This document shows, in pieces, positions 47,815 through 57,100 of a stretch of 64,000 nt of DNA; positions within the stretch are counted from its first letter, which is position 1; the number at the start of each line of letters is the position of its first letter. The stretch is from Vicingaceae bacterium (GTDB lineage: Bacteria; Bacteroidota; Bacteroidia; Flavobacteriales_E; Vicingaceae). The notes beneath the pieces were generated by a model. It made no database searches. It saw nothing but the letters and a program-made list of their open reading frames with translations, and was not told where the DNA came from. The translations under genes were made by a program, and so were the position numbers. Location of the stretch: positions 2,928 to 66,927 of the forward strand of contig JAHYJH010000005.1 of assembly GCA_019429185.1 (NCBI GenBank). Reading direction: 5' to 3'.

Positions 47815-47945
47815 TGATTATTTTTACAAATTGGTTATCAAACCGATAGTTGAATAGTTTTATTTTTTTTCATTAGAAAAAATAAGTTCTAGATACGCTA
47901 ATTTTACGCTTTCGCTCCAAATTAGCTACTCGAACTGACACTAAT

Positions 47946-48060
47946 AACTCCTAACTTTTAACTTCTAAGTACTCCTAACTTCTATGTACTTCTAAGTACT
48001 CCTAACTACTTCTAAGTACTCCTAACTACTTCTAAGTACTTCTAAGTACTCCTAACTTCT
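47946..48060. repeat. Decanucleotide array TACTYCTAAS (about 10 units)
   Basis: Alternating tactcctaac / tacttctaag units between the gldH stop and the Fic gene start. Confidence 0.9.
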
Positions 48061-48067
48061 ACCCCCC

Positions 48068-48532
48068 TCACTCCACCTTCACAATTTTTAACCCAATATC
48101 CGAAATACCTTTTAAGCCATCTTCTACCCGCATTGCTTGTTCGTAAGAAACAATATACTTTCCTTTTTTAGCAAATTTCACATTTCCTAAATAAGGTTGT
48201 TGGTAATCCCACAAATCGCCCCAACCTTTTCCTTTCCATTTACCTCTATCATCTGCCAACACACAATTTACGGTGTCTTTAGTGAAATTACCATTTGGTC
48301 CGTTTATGGTAACAAACAAATATAAGTTACTAAAAGGGTATTCTCCTTTGTTTCTAATGTTGATGTATAAATTATGAGGCGTTGTGGTGTCTTTAGCTTC
48401 AAACTCAAACGTAGCAATGTTTTCTTTTTTCCAATTTTCTTTTTCTATGGCAATGTATTCATCATAAATAACACCATTATTACAGGAAAATAATAAGGTA
48501 ACTATAAATAATGATACGATTAGCTTAGTCAT
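48068..48532 (-). CDS. gldH: Gliding motility lipoprotein GldH
   Basis: 154 aa with lipobox LLFSC. Sequence and size match GldH as I recall it. It lies downstream of a PSP1/RicT gene, as in other Flavobacteriia. Confidence 0.8.
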   Translation of the reverse strand: MTKLIVSLFIVTLLFSCNNGVIYDEYIAIEKENWKKENIATFEFEAKDTTTPHNLYINIRNKGEYPFSNLYLFVTINGPNGNFTKDTVNCVLADDRGKWKGKGWGDLWDYQQPYLGNVKFAKKGKYIVSYEQAMRVEDGLKGISDIGLKIVKVE

Positions 48533-48546
48533 TTTTGTAATTGATT

Positions 48547-48574
48547 ATTAGGTATTAGGCGTTAGGTGTTAGGC
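48547..48574. repeat. RTTAGGY heptamer x4
   Basis: attaggt attaggc gttaggt gttaggc. This is the reverse-complement core (CCTAAC) of the array on the other side of gldH. Confidence 0.7.
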
Positions 48575-48599
48575 AATAGTTAATGGTTTCATTTTCAAA

Positions 48600-49784
48600 T
48601 TAATTCGTTTTTGGTGGAAAGTTTTTTCGTTTTTTCTTTCTTTTGTTTCGATTGTTGTTACTTCCTTTTTGTTTATCAAAACGTGTGAGGCTATCTTGTC
48701 CTACTACATTTTCATAATTAGGTTGTTTAACAACAATTTTCTCTTCAACAAAAACAACTAAATCATCTGGTTTTTCATCTTTTTTATTGAGGGCAATAAT
48801 TTCGTTTACTCGTTCTAATTTAAGTTCTATGAAACGAACAGTATCGCTCTTATAAGAATACCATAGTGTTTTGCTAAAAATATCCATTTTTCTAAAAAAG
48901 GCTTCTCCAGTTTTAGTTTTTAAATTGATACTTGTATCTGGAAAATCTTTCAACGCATCGGTATAACTGTCTAATTCATAGTTTAAACAGCATTTTAATT
49001 TACCACATTGCCCTGCCAATTTTTCGGGATTTAACGAAAGTTGCTGGTAACGAGCTGCCGAAGTGGAAACCGAACGAAAATCGGTTAGCCAAGTAGAACA
49101 ACAAAGTTCTCTTCCACAAGAGCCTATTCCGCCTAATTTACTGGCTTCTTGCCGAACGCCAATTTGCTTCATTTCTATCCTTACTTTAAACTCTTCGGCA
49201 AGGCGTTTTATAAGTTCTCTAAAATCAACACGAGCATCGGCAGTATAATAAAAAATAGCTTTAGTGTTATCGCCTTGATATTCTACATCGCTTATTTTCA
49301 TTTGCAAACCAAGTGCAATGGCTATGGTTCGGGCTTTATACATGGTGTCCACCTCACGTTCTTGAGCTACCAACCATTTTTCTACATCTGCTTTGGTGGC
49401 TTTTCGGTTAATTTTAAGGATTTCTTCCGAATCGAAAGCTACTTTGTGTTTACGCATTTGCTTTTTAACCAACTCTCCTGTTAAGGAAATTGTACCTACA
49501 TCAAATCCAGGTAATGCCTGAACAACAACAACAACAACAACATCGCCTACGCTTAAACTTAATTTTTCTGTGTTTCTATAAAATTCTTTTCTATTGTTTT
49601 TAAATCGAATTTCAACACAATCAAATTCTTCTTGCCCAGCAGGCAATGCAATATCTTTAAGCCAATCGGTTACGTTTAGTTTGTAGCTGCTACATGAGCC
49701 GCTTTTACTACATCCACCTTCTTTTGACGAACTACATCCTCCTGAACTACAACCTCTTCCGGTTGAACAACTGCTACATCCCAT
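48600..49784 (-). CDS. PSP1-domain protein (RicT/YaaT homolog) with Cys/Ser/Gly-rich N-terminus
   Basis: PSP1-like core (IGSCGRELCCSTWL...CGKLKCCLNYE) and basic C-terminal tail. Confidence 0.85.
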   Translation of the reverse strand: MGCSSCSTGRGCSSGGCSSSKEGGCSKSGSCSSYKLNVTDWLKDIALPAGQEEFDCVEIRFKNNRKEFYRNTEKLSLSVGDVVVVVVVQALPGFDVGTISLTGELVKKQMRKHKVAFDSEEILKINRKATKADVEKWLVAQEREVDTMYKARTIAIALGLQMKISDVEYQGDNTKAIFYYTADARVDFRELIKRLAEEFKVRIEMKQIGVRQEASKLGGIGSCGRELCCSTWLTDFRSVSTSAARYQQLSLNPEKLAGQCGKLKCCLNYELDSYTDALKDFPDTSINLKTKTGEAFFRKMDIFSKTLWYSYKSDTVRFIELKLERVNEIIALNKKDEKPDDLVVFVEEKIVVKQPNYENVVGQDSLTRFDKQKGSNNNRNKRKKKRKNFPPKTN

Positions 49785-49908
49785 AATTATATATCAATTT
49801 TGTTGAGTCTAAATTTTTAATGAACAAAGATACAATTCTTAATCATAAAAATAGTGAACGAAATTTAAAAATATAATGGATTATTGATTAGCCTTGAAGA
49901 GTAAGTTT

Positions 49909-51063
49909 TCACTTTCTTCTTTCCAATTCTTTTAATATCAATTGTAACTCTCTTCCAGTTTGCCCAGCAATAGAAGTGTTTTCTTCTGCTCTTCGTATTA
50001 AATAAGGGGTTACGTCTTTTACTGGTCCATAAGGAACGTATTTAGCTACATTAAAATTAGCTTTTGCTAAATTTATGCTAATGTGGTTGCTCATACCTAA
50101 GAGTTGTGCGAAGTATATTCTTGAGTCATCAATAGCTAACTGATGTTGCTTCATTAAATCAATTAAATATTGAGAACTTTCTTCATTGTGCGTACCACAA
50201 CAAAACGAAATACGATTAATGTTTTCTACGCAAAATTTTAGTGCTAAATTAAAATCTTTGTCTGTATCCTCTTTTTTTTTTTGGATAGGATCTTTGTAAT
50301 TCATTTTAATAGCTCTCTCTCGTTCTTTTTCGACATAAGCTCCTCTAACCAATTTCATTCCTATAAAAAAGTTTTCTTTTTCAGCTATTTCCAACAAATG
50401 CTTAAAAAAAGCAAGTCTATCCCAACGATAGAGTTGTATGGTATTGTAAACTATTGCTTTTTGTTTGTTGTATTTTTGCATCATTTCCAACGCAAGCATA
50501 TCAATAGGGTCTTGAATCCATGTTTCCTCTGCATCAATAAACAAAGGAATGTCTGAATTAAAAGCAGCTTCGCATAAAGTGTTTACTCTATTTTTCACTT
50601 TCTCAAATTCTGCTATTTCTTTTTCCGATAATTGTTTTTTATCATTCATTTTTTGAAGCAATTCAAACCGGGCAAACCCTGTAAGTTTTATCACTGAAAA
50701 AGGAATAAATGGATGTTGTTTTGCTTTTTGAATTGTTCTTAATGCTTCTTGCAAATTTTCCTCAAAAACTTCTTCTTCTTGTTTTCCTTCAACCGAATAA
50801 TCTAAAATTGTTTTAACATTTTTATTAGCTAATTCTGCAATTGTTGTTTCACAATCCTCTATACTTTCTCCTCCGCAAAATTGCTTAAAAATGGTTGCTT
50901 TGATAATTGGAATTGGGAAATAAAAAGGCATGAAAATTTTCAACACTGTTGGTCCTATTTTTATTAACCAACTCCACCCAATTATTTTAAAAAGCCAATA
51001 GCTTCTTTTTAAGTCTGCATTGGTTTTATCAGCAAAAGCTATTTCAGTATTATTGAAGTCCAT
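49909..51063 (-). CDS. Proline dehydrogenase family protein
   Basis: C-terminal QLLGM...PYGP...YLIRRAEENTS signature of PRODH. Confidence 0.85.
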   Translation of the reverse strand: MDFNNTEIAFADKTNADLKRSYWLFKIIGWSWLIKIGPTVLKIFMPFYFPIPIIKATIFKQFCGGESIEDCETTIAELANKNVKTILDYSVEGKQEEEVFEENLQEALRTIQKAKQHPFIPFSVIKLTGFARFELLQKMNDKKQLSEKEIAEFEKVKNRVNTLCEAAFNSDIPLFIDAEETWIQDPIDMLALEMMQKYNKQKAIVYNTIQLYRWDRLAFFKHLLEIAEKENFFIGMKLVRGAYVEKERERAIKMNYKDPIQKKKEDTDKDFNLALKFCVENINRISFCCGTHNEESSQYLIDLMKQHQLAIDDSRIYFAQLLGMSNHISINLAKANFNVAKYVPYGPVKDVTPYLIRRAEENTSIAGQTGRELQLILKELERRK

Positions 51064-51164
51064 ACTATAAAAAAATTTGTGTCAAATTTACGTTGCGAAA
51101 TTAACTGAAATTATGATTACGATTAGCTTTTTAGTTTGTTATTTGGTCGTTTTTTTCAACAAAA

Positions 51165-51338
51165 AAACCTCCAAGGTTTTTGAAATCTTGAAGGTTTGAT
51201 ATGTTTATTAGAAACCTCCAAGGTTTTTGAAATCTTGAAGGTTTGATATGTTTATTAGAAACCTCCAAGGTTTTTGAAATCTTGAAGGTTTGATATGTTT
51301 ATTAGAAACCTCCAAGGTTTTGGAAACCTTGGAGGTTT
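51165..51338. repeat. 47-bp tandem repeat x3 plus a terminal perfect 33-bp palindrome
   Basis: The unit aaacctccaaggtttttgaaatcttgaaggtttgatatgtttattag starts at 51165, 51212 and 51259. A fourth unit at 51306 reads aaacctccaaggttttggaaaccttggaggttt. Confidence 0.95.
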
Positions 51339-51341
51339 AAT

Positions 51342-52340
51342 TTACTTGCTTTCCAAAAACGCATTCAATTCATCAACACTTCCGCTAAAAGTGAAGGCAT
51401 CACCCACTTGATAATAGTTTTTCTTGTCAACACAATAATCATAAGCAAATTTTGCATATTCTAATTTTCCATCTTCAAAGCTGAATAAACCTATTACATT
51501 TTTAATTTGAGCAACTGACAAGCAGTTGTTTTTGGTAAATGTTTTAGCTACTTTCAGTTTTGTATCTGCAAAAGATTGTTTTTCTACTGAAGCTTTTCCT
51601 GCATTAAAATCTGATGAAGGAATTGCTTGGTAACAACCACTTGGAGTAGCTTCAACAGGGATGGCTTCATGCACTGGATTTGTTGTCATTCCATCATTAT
51701 AAGACCCTGTTGAAGTAGATGTTACTGTTGTTGTTGTAACTGTTTGAGAAGTTGTTGTTTGAACATTAGTTCCTGTGTTCATGCCACCATCATTAATGTT
51801 TACATTTACATTCATACCAACACCCCCCATATTTACGCCCATAGCAACATTTTCTTGATTGCCAGTTGTTCCGCTTGTTGTAGTTGTTGTGGTTGTTTCT
51901 GTAATATTCACGTTTGTAGTTGCTGCGGGAGCCGAAACTATTGTTGGTGGTGGAGTTGTTGAATACACAACTACTGATTGAGATGGAGTTGTTGGTGCTT
52001 GTGCAATAGCAACCATTCCCGATGGACGAAGTACATATACTCCTTTTTTGTTTTTCATAACTTCAAAAGAATACTCTGTATTGTTATCCATCATATAAAT
52101 AGATTTTGTAATGGATGCATGTGTAGCATCTTCAAAATTGATGGTAACTTTATAACTTCCTTCAAATTTTAAATCCGTTACTTTCACATTTGTTTCATAA
52201 TTAATGTTTTGAAGTATCCCATTCAAAACCACATGAAAGCGTGTTCCATCCTGATTAAAAAATACTGCATTGCAATTTTGAGCATTCAACGTAATTGACA
52301 TGGTCGATATTACTGTAATTAAGAGTAAAAGTTTTTTCAT
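51342..52340 (-). CDS. DUF4476-domain secreted protein with Thr-rich linker
   Basis: Signal peptide, a T/S/N-rich low-complexity middle, and a C-terminal SFADTKLKVAK...FSFEDGKLEYAKFAY segment typical of DUF4476. Confidence 0.7.
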   Translation of the reverse strand: MKKLLLLITVISTMSITLNAQNCNAVFFNQDGTRFHVVLNGILQNINYETNVKVTDLKFEGSYKVTINFEDATHASITKSIYMMDNNTEYSFEVMKNKKGVYVLRPSGMVAIAQAPTTPSQSVVVYSTTPPPTIVSAPAATTNVNITETTTTTTTSGTTGNQENVAMGVNMGGVGMNVNVNINDGGMNTGTNVQTTTSQTVTTTTVTSTSTGSYNDGMTTNPVHEAIPVEATPSGCYQAIPSSDFNAGKASVEKQSFADTKLKVAKTFTKNNCLSVAQIKNVIGLFSFEDGKLEYAKFAYDYCVDKKNYYQVGDAFTFSGSVDELNAFLESK

Positions 52341-52387
52341 TTTTTATAAGTTAAAAGGTTTATATTTTTTATTTTTCGGTTATCAAT

Positions 52388-53212
52388 TTAAATGCCAAGA
52401 ACTAATTTTAATTCATCATACGAATTTTCATAGCTAAAATTAGGTTTCAAAAATAAGATATTATCTTGGTCAAAAACAAATGGATATAAAAATTTTATCA
52501 ATTCAATTTTTGTTTCATCCAAAAGAAATTCAGTCATTAAATCCTTGGTTTGTTCAATTGTAATACAAAAATCAAACGTGTTTTCTTGAAAATTTCTAGC
52601 CGTTTCTATCTTTCTATCGTCTAAATTTAATTTTTGAAGTTGAATTTTTAATTCTATTATTTTTTCATTTTTCAACGGCCAAGGACAACCTATCTTACCA
52701 TCATAATCAGGCATTTTATAATGATCTTCAAAAGGTACGGCAACTATAGAATCCATAGCTAACGAATCTATCTGTGTTTTCAATGTATCCTCGAACAAAA
52801 CAGGAACTCCAACGCCACTAAAAGGAACTATCCAATTTTTATCCCACTTTTCAAAGGAATATTTTCCTATCACCACTTTTTTTAGTATCACTTTGGTTGG
52901 TTCTATTTCATAAAATTGAGTTACATTTTCATCTACTACATAAATGGATTGTTTAATGATAGAAGTGTCATTTTTAAATGAAATAAGCAGCATATAATTT
53001 TGCTCTCCTTTGATATTGACCACAGATAGTTGTTGCACAAATTCAGTATGCTGAGCTATATTATTGATGGTTACTTTGAATTCAATATTCTGATTAGAAG
53101 TGAAAATTAAATTACTTTTCTGAGCCACTAGAAAAAAACAAGTAGAACTGAAATAAAAAAAAATTAGTAAGCGACAGATAACCATCAAAGTTATTTTAAC
53201 TAAATAATTCAT
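52388..53212 (-). CDS. DUF4476-like protein
   Basis: The C-terminal LDDRKIETARNF...LLDETKIELIKFLY segment resembles the DUF4476 repeat. The N-terminal domain is paralogous in layout to the neighbouring gene. Confidence 0.5.
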   Translation of the reverse strand: MNYLVKITLMVICRLLIFFYFSSTCFFLVAQKSNLIFTSNQNIEFKVTINNIAQHTEFVQQLSVVNIKGEQNYMLLISFKNDTSIIKQSIYVVDENVTQFYEIEPTKVILKKVVIGKYSFEKWDKNWIVPFSGVGVPVLFEDTLKTQIDSLAMDSIVAVPFEDHYKMPDYDGKIGCPWPLKNEKIIELKIQLQKLNLDDRKIETARNFQENTFDFCITIEQTKDLMTEFLLDETKIELIKFLYPFVFDQDNILFLKPNFSYENSYDELKLVLGI

Positions 53213-54062
53213 TAAACTTAAAGGTATCTTTTAGTTTCACACCTCTTTCTGTGTGCTGCACAGTGCAGCACTCGTTCATAGCATCATGTTCAAAAAACAA
53301 AATATATTCATTGTCGGCAGCTTCATTCAAAAATATTTCTTTTTCTTCTAATGTGAGTAATGGTCGAGTATCATAACCCATCACATAAGGCAATGGAATA
53401 TGTCCCACCGAAGGTAATAAGTCGGCCATGAAAACCACCTTTTTTCCTTGATAATTGATGTGAGGCAACATCATCGCATCGGTATGTCCATTAACTAATA
53501 AAATATCAAAATAATTAAATCCATCTATATCAATAAATTTCAACTGACCAAATTCTTGCATAGGAAATATGTTTTCTTTCAGAAATGAAGCTTTTTCACG
53601 TTGATTAGGCACTGTTGCCCATTGCCAATGCTGACTATTACTCCAATAAATAGCATTTTTAAAAGTAGGTTCATAGTTGGTTCTATCAACATTCCATTTT
53701 ACTCCACCACCACAATGATCAAAATGCAAATGTGTAAGAAATACATCCGTTACATCATCAGGATGAAAGCCTAATTTTTTAAGGTTACCTTCTAAGGAAT
53801 CGTTTCCAAACAAATAATAATATCCAAAAAACTTATCATCTTGCTTGTTACCCATTCCATTATCAATAATCATCAATCTATCGCCATCTTCAATAAGCAT
53901 ACAACGCATACTCCAGCTACACATATTATTTTCATCTGCAGGATTGGTTCTTTGCCACAATGATTTAGGAACAACACCAAACATTGCTCCGCCATCTAAC
54001 TTAAAATTACCTGTGTTTAAAGGATATATCTTCATCATTTTTAACTGTTTTAAAATGTCCAA
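53196..54062 (-). CDS. MBL-fold metallo-hydrolase
   Basis: THLHFDHCGG (HxHxDH) motif. Confidence 0.85.
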   Translation of the reverse strand: MDILKQLKMMKIYPLNTGNFKLDGGAMFGVVPKSLWQRTNPADENNMCSWSMRCMLIEDGDRLMIIDNGMGNKQDDKFFGYYYLFGNDSLEGNLKKLGFHPDDVTDVFLTHLHFDHCGGGVKWNVDRTNYEPTFKNAIYWSNSQHWQWATVPNQREKASFLKENIFPMQEFGQLKFIDIDGFNYFDILLVNGHTDAMMLPHINYQGKKVVFMADLLPSVGHIPLPYVMGYDTRPLLTLEEKEIFLNEAADNEYILFFEHDAMNECCTVQHTERGVKLKDTFKFNELFS

Positions 54063-54196
54063 ATTACGCTTTTTGTTGCAAACAAATTAACGTAAAAACA
54101 CAAATTTAGAACTGAAAATTTTAAAAAAAATAGGTAAAACTTGCGTTAAAAATGTACGTATTTTTATATCGAATATTTTTATATTTATTTATAATT

Positions 54197-57100
54197 ATGA
54201 AAAAGATAGTTTCATTATTAATTAGCATTTTATTCTGCCATTTTATTTTTGCGGATATCTTATTAAATGAATCTTTCACAGCGGGAGTGCTTCCTGCTGG
54301 ATGGACAAATACTGCTCAACAAGGCACAGCCATTTGGACAATTAGAAATGCTCCTGCTTTTTCATCACCTTCGGGTGGTAATTATATCGTTTTTGATGAT
54401 TTAGGATTAGGCTCAGCGGTAACCCCTAACGAAGCAACACTCCGTACACCAACCGTCAATTTTTCCAACAGAAATACAGCTTTTCTTAAAATTTCGCACC
54501 ACTGGTTTGGTGTTGAATTTACTCACGGATATATAGAAATTAGTAATAATGGTGGCGTTTCTTGGACTCAATTAATAGATTATGAAAAGCTTACACGAGG
54601 CTCTTTAGCGGCTCCACAGGATACTATTTTTGATATTACAGCCATTGCTGCTAATCAGGCAAACGTGCAAGTTCGTTTTCGATATACCGATGGTGGTCAA
54701 GCAGGAAGGTATTGGTATTTAGATGACATTGTACTTTATTCCAATCCTGATGTAGGTGTTTCTAAATTAGTGTTGCCTCCTTATTTAGGTTGTGCACAAA
54801 CTTATGGTGCAGCTCAAACTGTTACGGTTGAAATAAGAAATTTTAGTTTTGAGCCTGTAACTAATATACCGGTAACCTGCCAAGTTACAGGAGGAACAAC
54901 TGCAACGCTAACAGGAACTTATAGCGGACCGCTAATTCCGGGAGGTGGAACAGCCAACTTTACTTTTGCAACTACTATCAATATGACTGCTGATGCTATT
55001 TACCATTTTTTAAGTTACACTACCTTAACGAATGATTCATACAATTTAAATGATACTCTTTTTGATGGCAGACAACAACTTGTAGCAACTTATCCTTATA
55101 CTGCTAATTTCAACATCTCCAATTCGGGGTGGTTAGCTACAGGACAAGCACCTCCACTAAACAATGGTAGAAATTTTATTCATGGCAATGTGCCTTACCT
55201 CAACGGCTCTCAAGGACAAGGAAAAAGTTGGTACATTGAATCTACTGCTCCTTATTATACAGGCACTCAAATTTGGGTGGAAAGTCCTGTGTTTGACTTT
55301 ACTGGATTAATAAGTCCACAGTTAAGTATGGATATTAAACACAGCTTACATTCTTCTGATTGGGTAAAAGTAGAATACAGCACGAATGGTGGCACTTCTT
55401 GGACACAATTAGGCAACAGTTCTTCTCCAAATTGGTACAACCAAACGAATTATTGGGCTAATTCTCAAGCTGCTCCTGTAGATGCTTGGACTCAAGTACA
55501 ACATAACCTTTGTATGCTTGCAGGACAGGCTTGTGTGAAGTTTAGAGTACTCGCTCGTCCGTATTATGGTAATCCGAATTACCCTACTTGGTACAACTTT
55601 GCTTTTGATAATTTTACTGTCAGAGAAGGAATAGATGTTGGAGTATTAACCTATATAGACCCTGTAGATGTGGGCTGCTTATTCAATACTACGCAACAAG
55701 TAACGGTTACTGTTTATAATGGAGGTTGTAACCCAATTACCAATGTTCCTATTCAATGCGACATTACCGGACAGATTACCACCACGTTAACAGGAACTGT
55801 TCCAGGTCCCATTCCTGTGGGAGGAACAGTGAGCTATACTTTTCCAACTACTTTTAATATGGTTGCTGTTGGAACTTATAATTTCAATACTTATACCCAG
55901 TTAGTAGGCGATATCAATTCTAATAATGATACACTCGCCACTTCTATAAATGTTACCAATCTTAAAGTAACTACTTATCCTTATTTCGAAGATTTTAACA
56001 GTGGTGCAGGTTTTTGGAATGCTTCTGGACAAAATCCTCCTGGAAATGGTGGGCGTAATTGGGTCTTGGGCAATGTACCTTATTTAGGTGGTCCACAAGG
56101 TAATGGGGATAGTTGGTACATTGAAACTGTGGCTCCTTATTATGATGGCACTCAAATTTGGGTAGAAAGCCCTGTGTTTGATTTTACGAATCTTACCAAT
56201 CCTAAATTAAGTTTTGATATTAAACACAGCCTTCATTCTTCCGATTGGGTAAAAGTAGAATACAGCACCAATGGTGGTACTACTTGGGTTCAACTAGGTA
56301 ATGGTCCTAATGCTACTTGGTACAACCAAACCAATTATTGGGCAAATTCTCAAGCTGCACCCGTGGCAACTTGGACAAACGTGGAGCAAGAACTTTGTGC
56401 ACTTTCTGGGGAACCTTGTGTTAAATTTAGAATATTGGCTCGTCCGTATTATGGTAACCCAAATTATCCAAATTGGTACAATTTTGCTTTTGACAATTTT
56501 GAGATTGATGCAGGACATCCTGATGATATGCAACCGCTCGAAATCATTTTAAGTGATTCCAGAAAATGTGCTTCTTTTGGAACTGCTGAAACCATCCGTG
56601 TTGTTGTAGCTAACAACACTTGCCGTCCGTTGTATAATGTGCCTATTTCTTTACAACTAAATGGTGGTCCTATCATTACTGAAACCATGCCTGGTCCTGT
56701 GCCTAGTTTTGGTAATTACATTTATACGTTTACCAATACACTTGATTTAAGTCCTGCTATTACGCACAATATTTCTGTTACTACTTTATTAGCAACCGAC
56801 AGTTTTCCTGCTAATGACAATTTGGTAGAAACACGAATTAATACTATTTTAAATACCTTCCCTTATTTAGCTGACTTCAATACGAATAATGATGGATGGG
56901 TTTCCAGAATAAACAGCACTACAAATGCTTCTCGGTTATTTATTAATGATACTATCCCCTACCTCAACGGCTCTCAAGGACAAGGAAAAAGTTGGTACAT
57001 TGAATCTACTGCTCCTTATTATACAGGCACTCAAATTTGGGTGGAAAGTCCTGTGTTTAATTTCAGTGCGTTAACCAGTCCACAATTAAGTTTTGATATT

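Noticed and set aside
48547-48574. Telomere-like TTAGG(C/T) repeats
   Set aside because: There are only four units, inside an ordinary bacterial intergenic spacer, and no other sign of a linear replicon end.
51165-51338. Possible CRISPR array
   Set aside because: The 47-bp units are directly abutting with no unique spacers. No cas genes are in the window.
54152-54196. Upstream start MYVFLYRIFLYLFII for the giant cargo gene
   Set aside because: The Met at 54197 gives a standard signal peptide (MKKIVSLL...). The extension is AT-rich promoter-like sequence.
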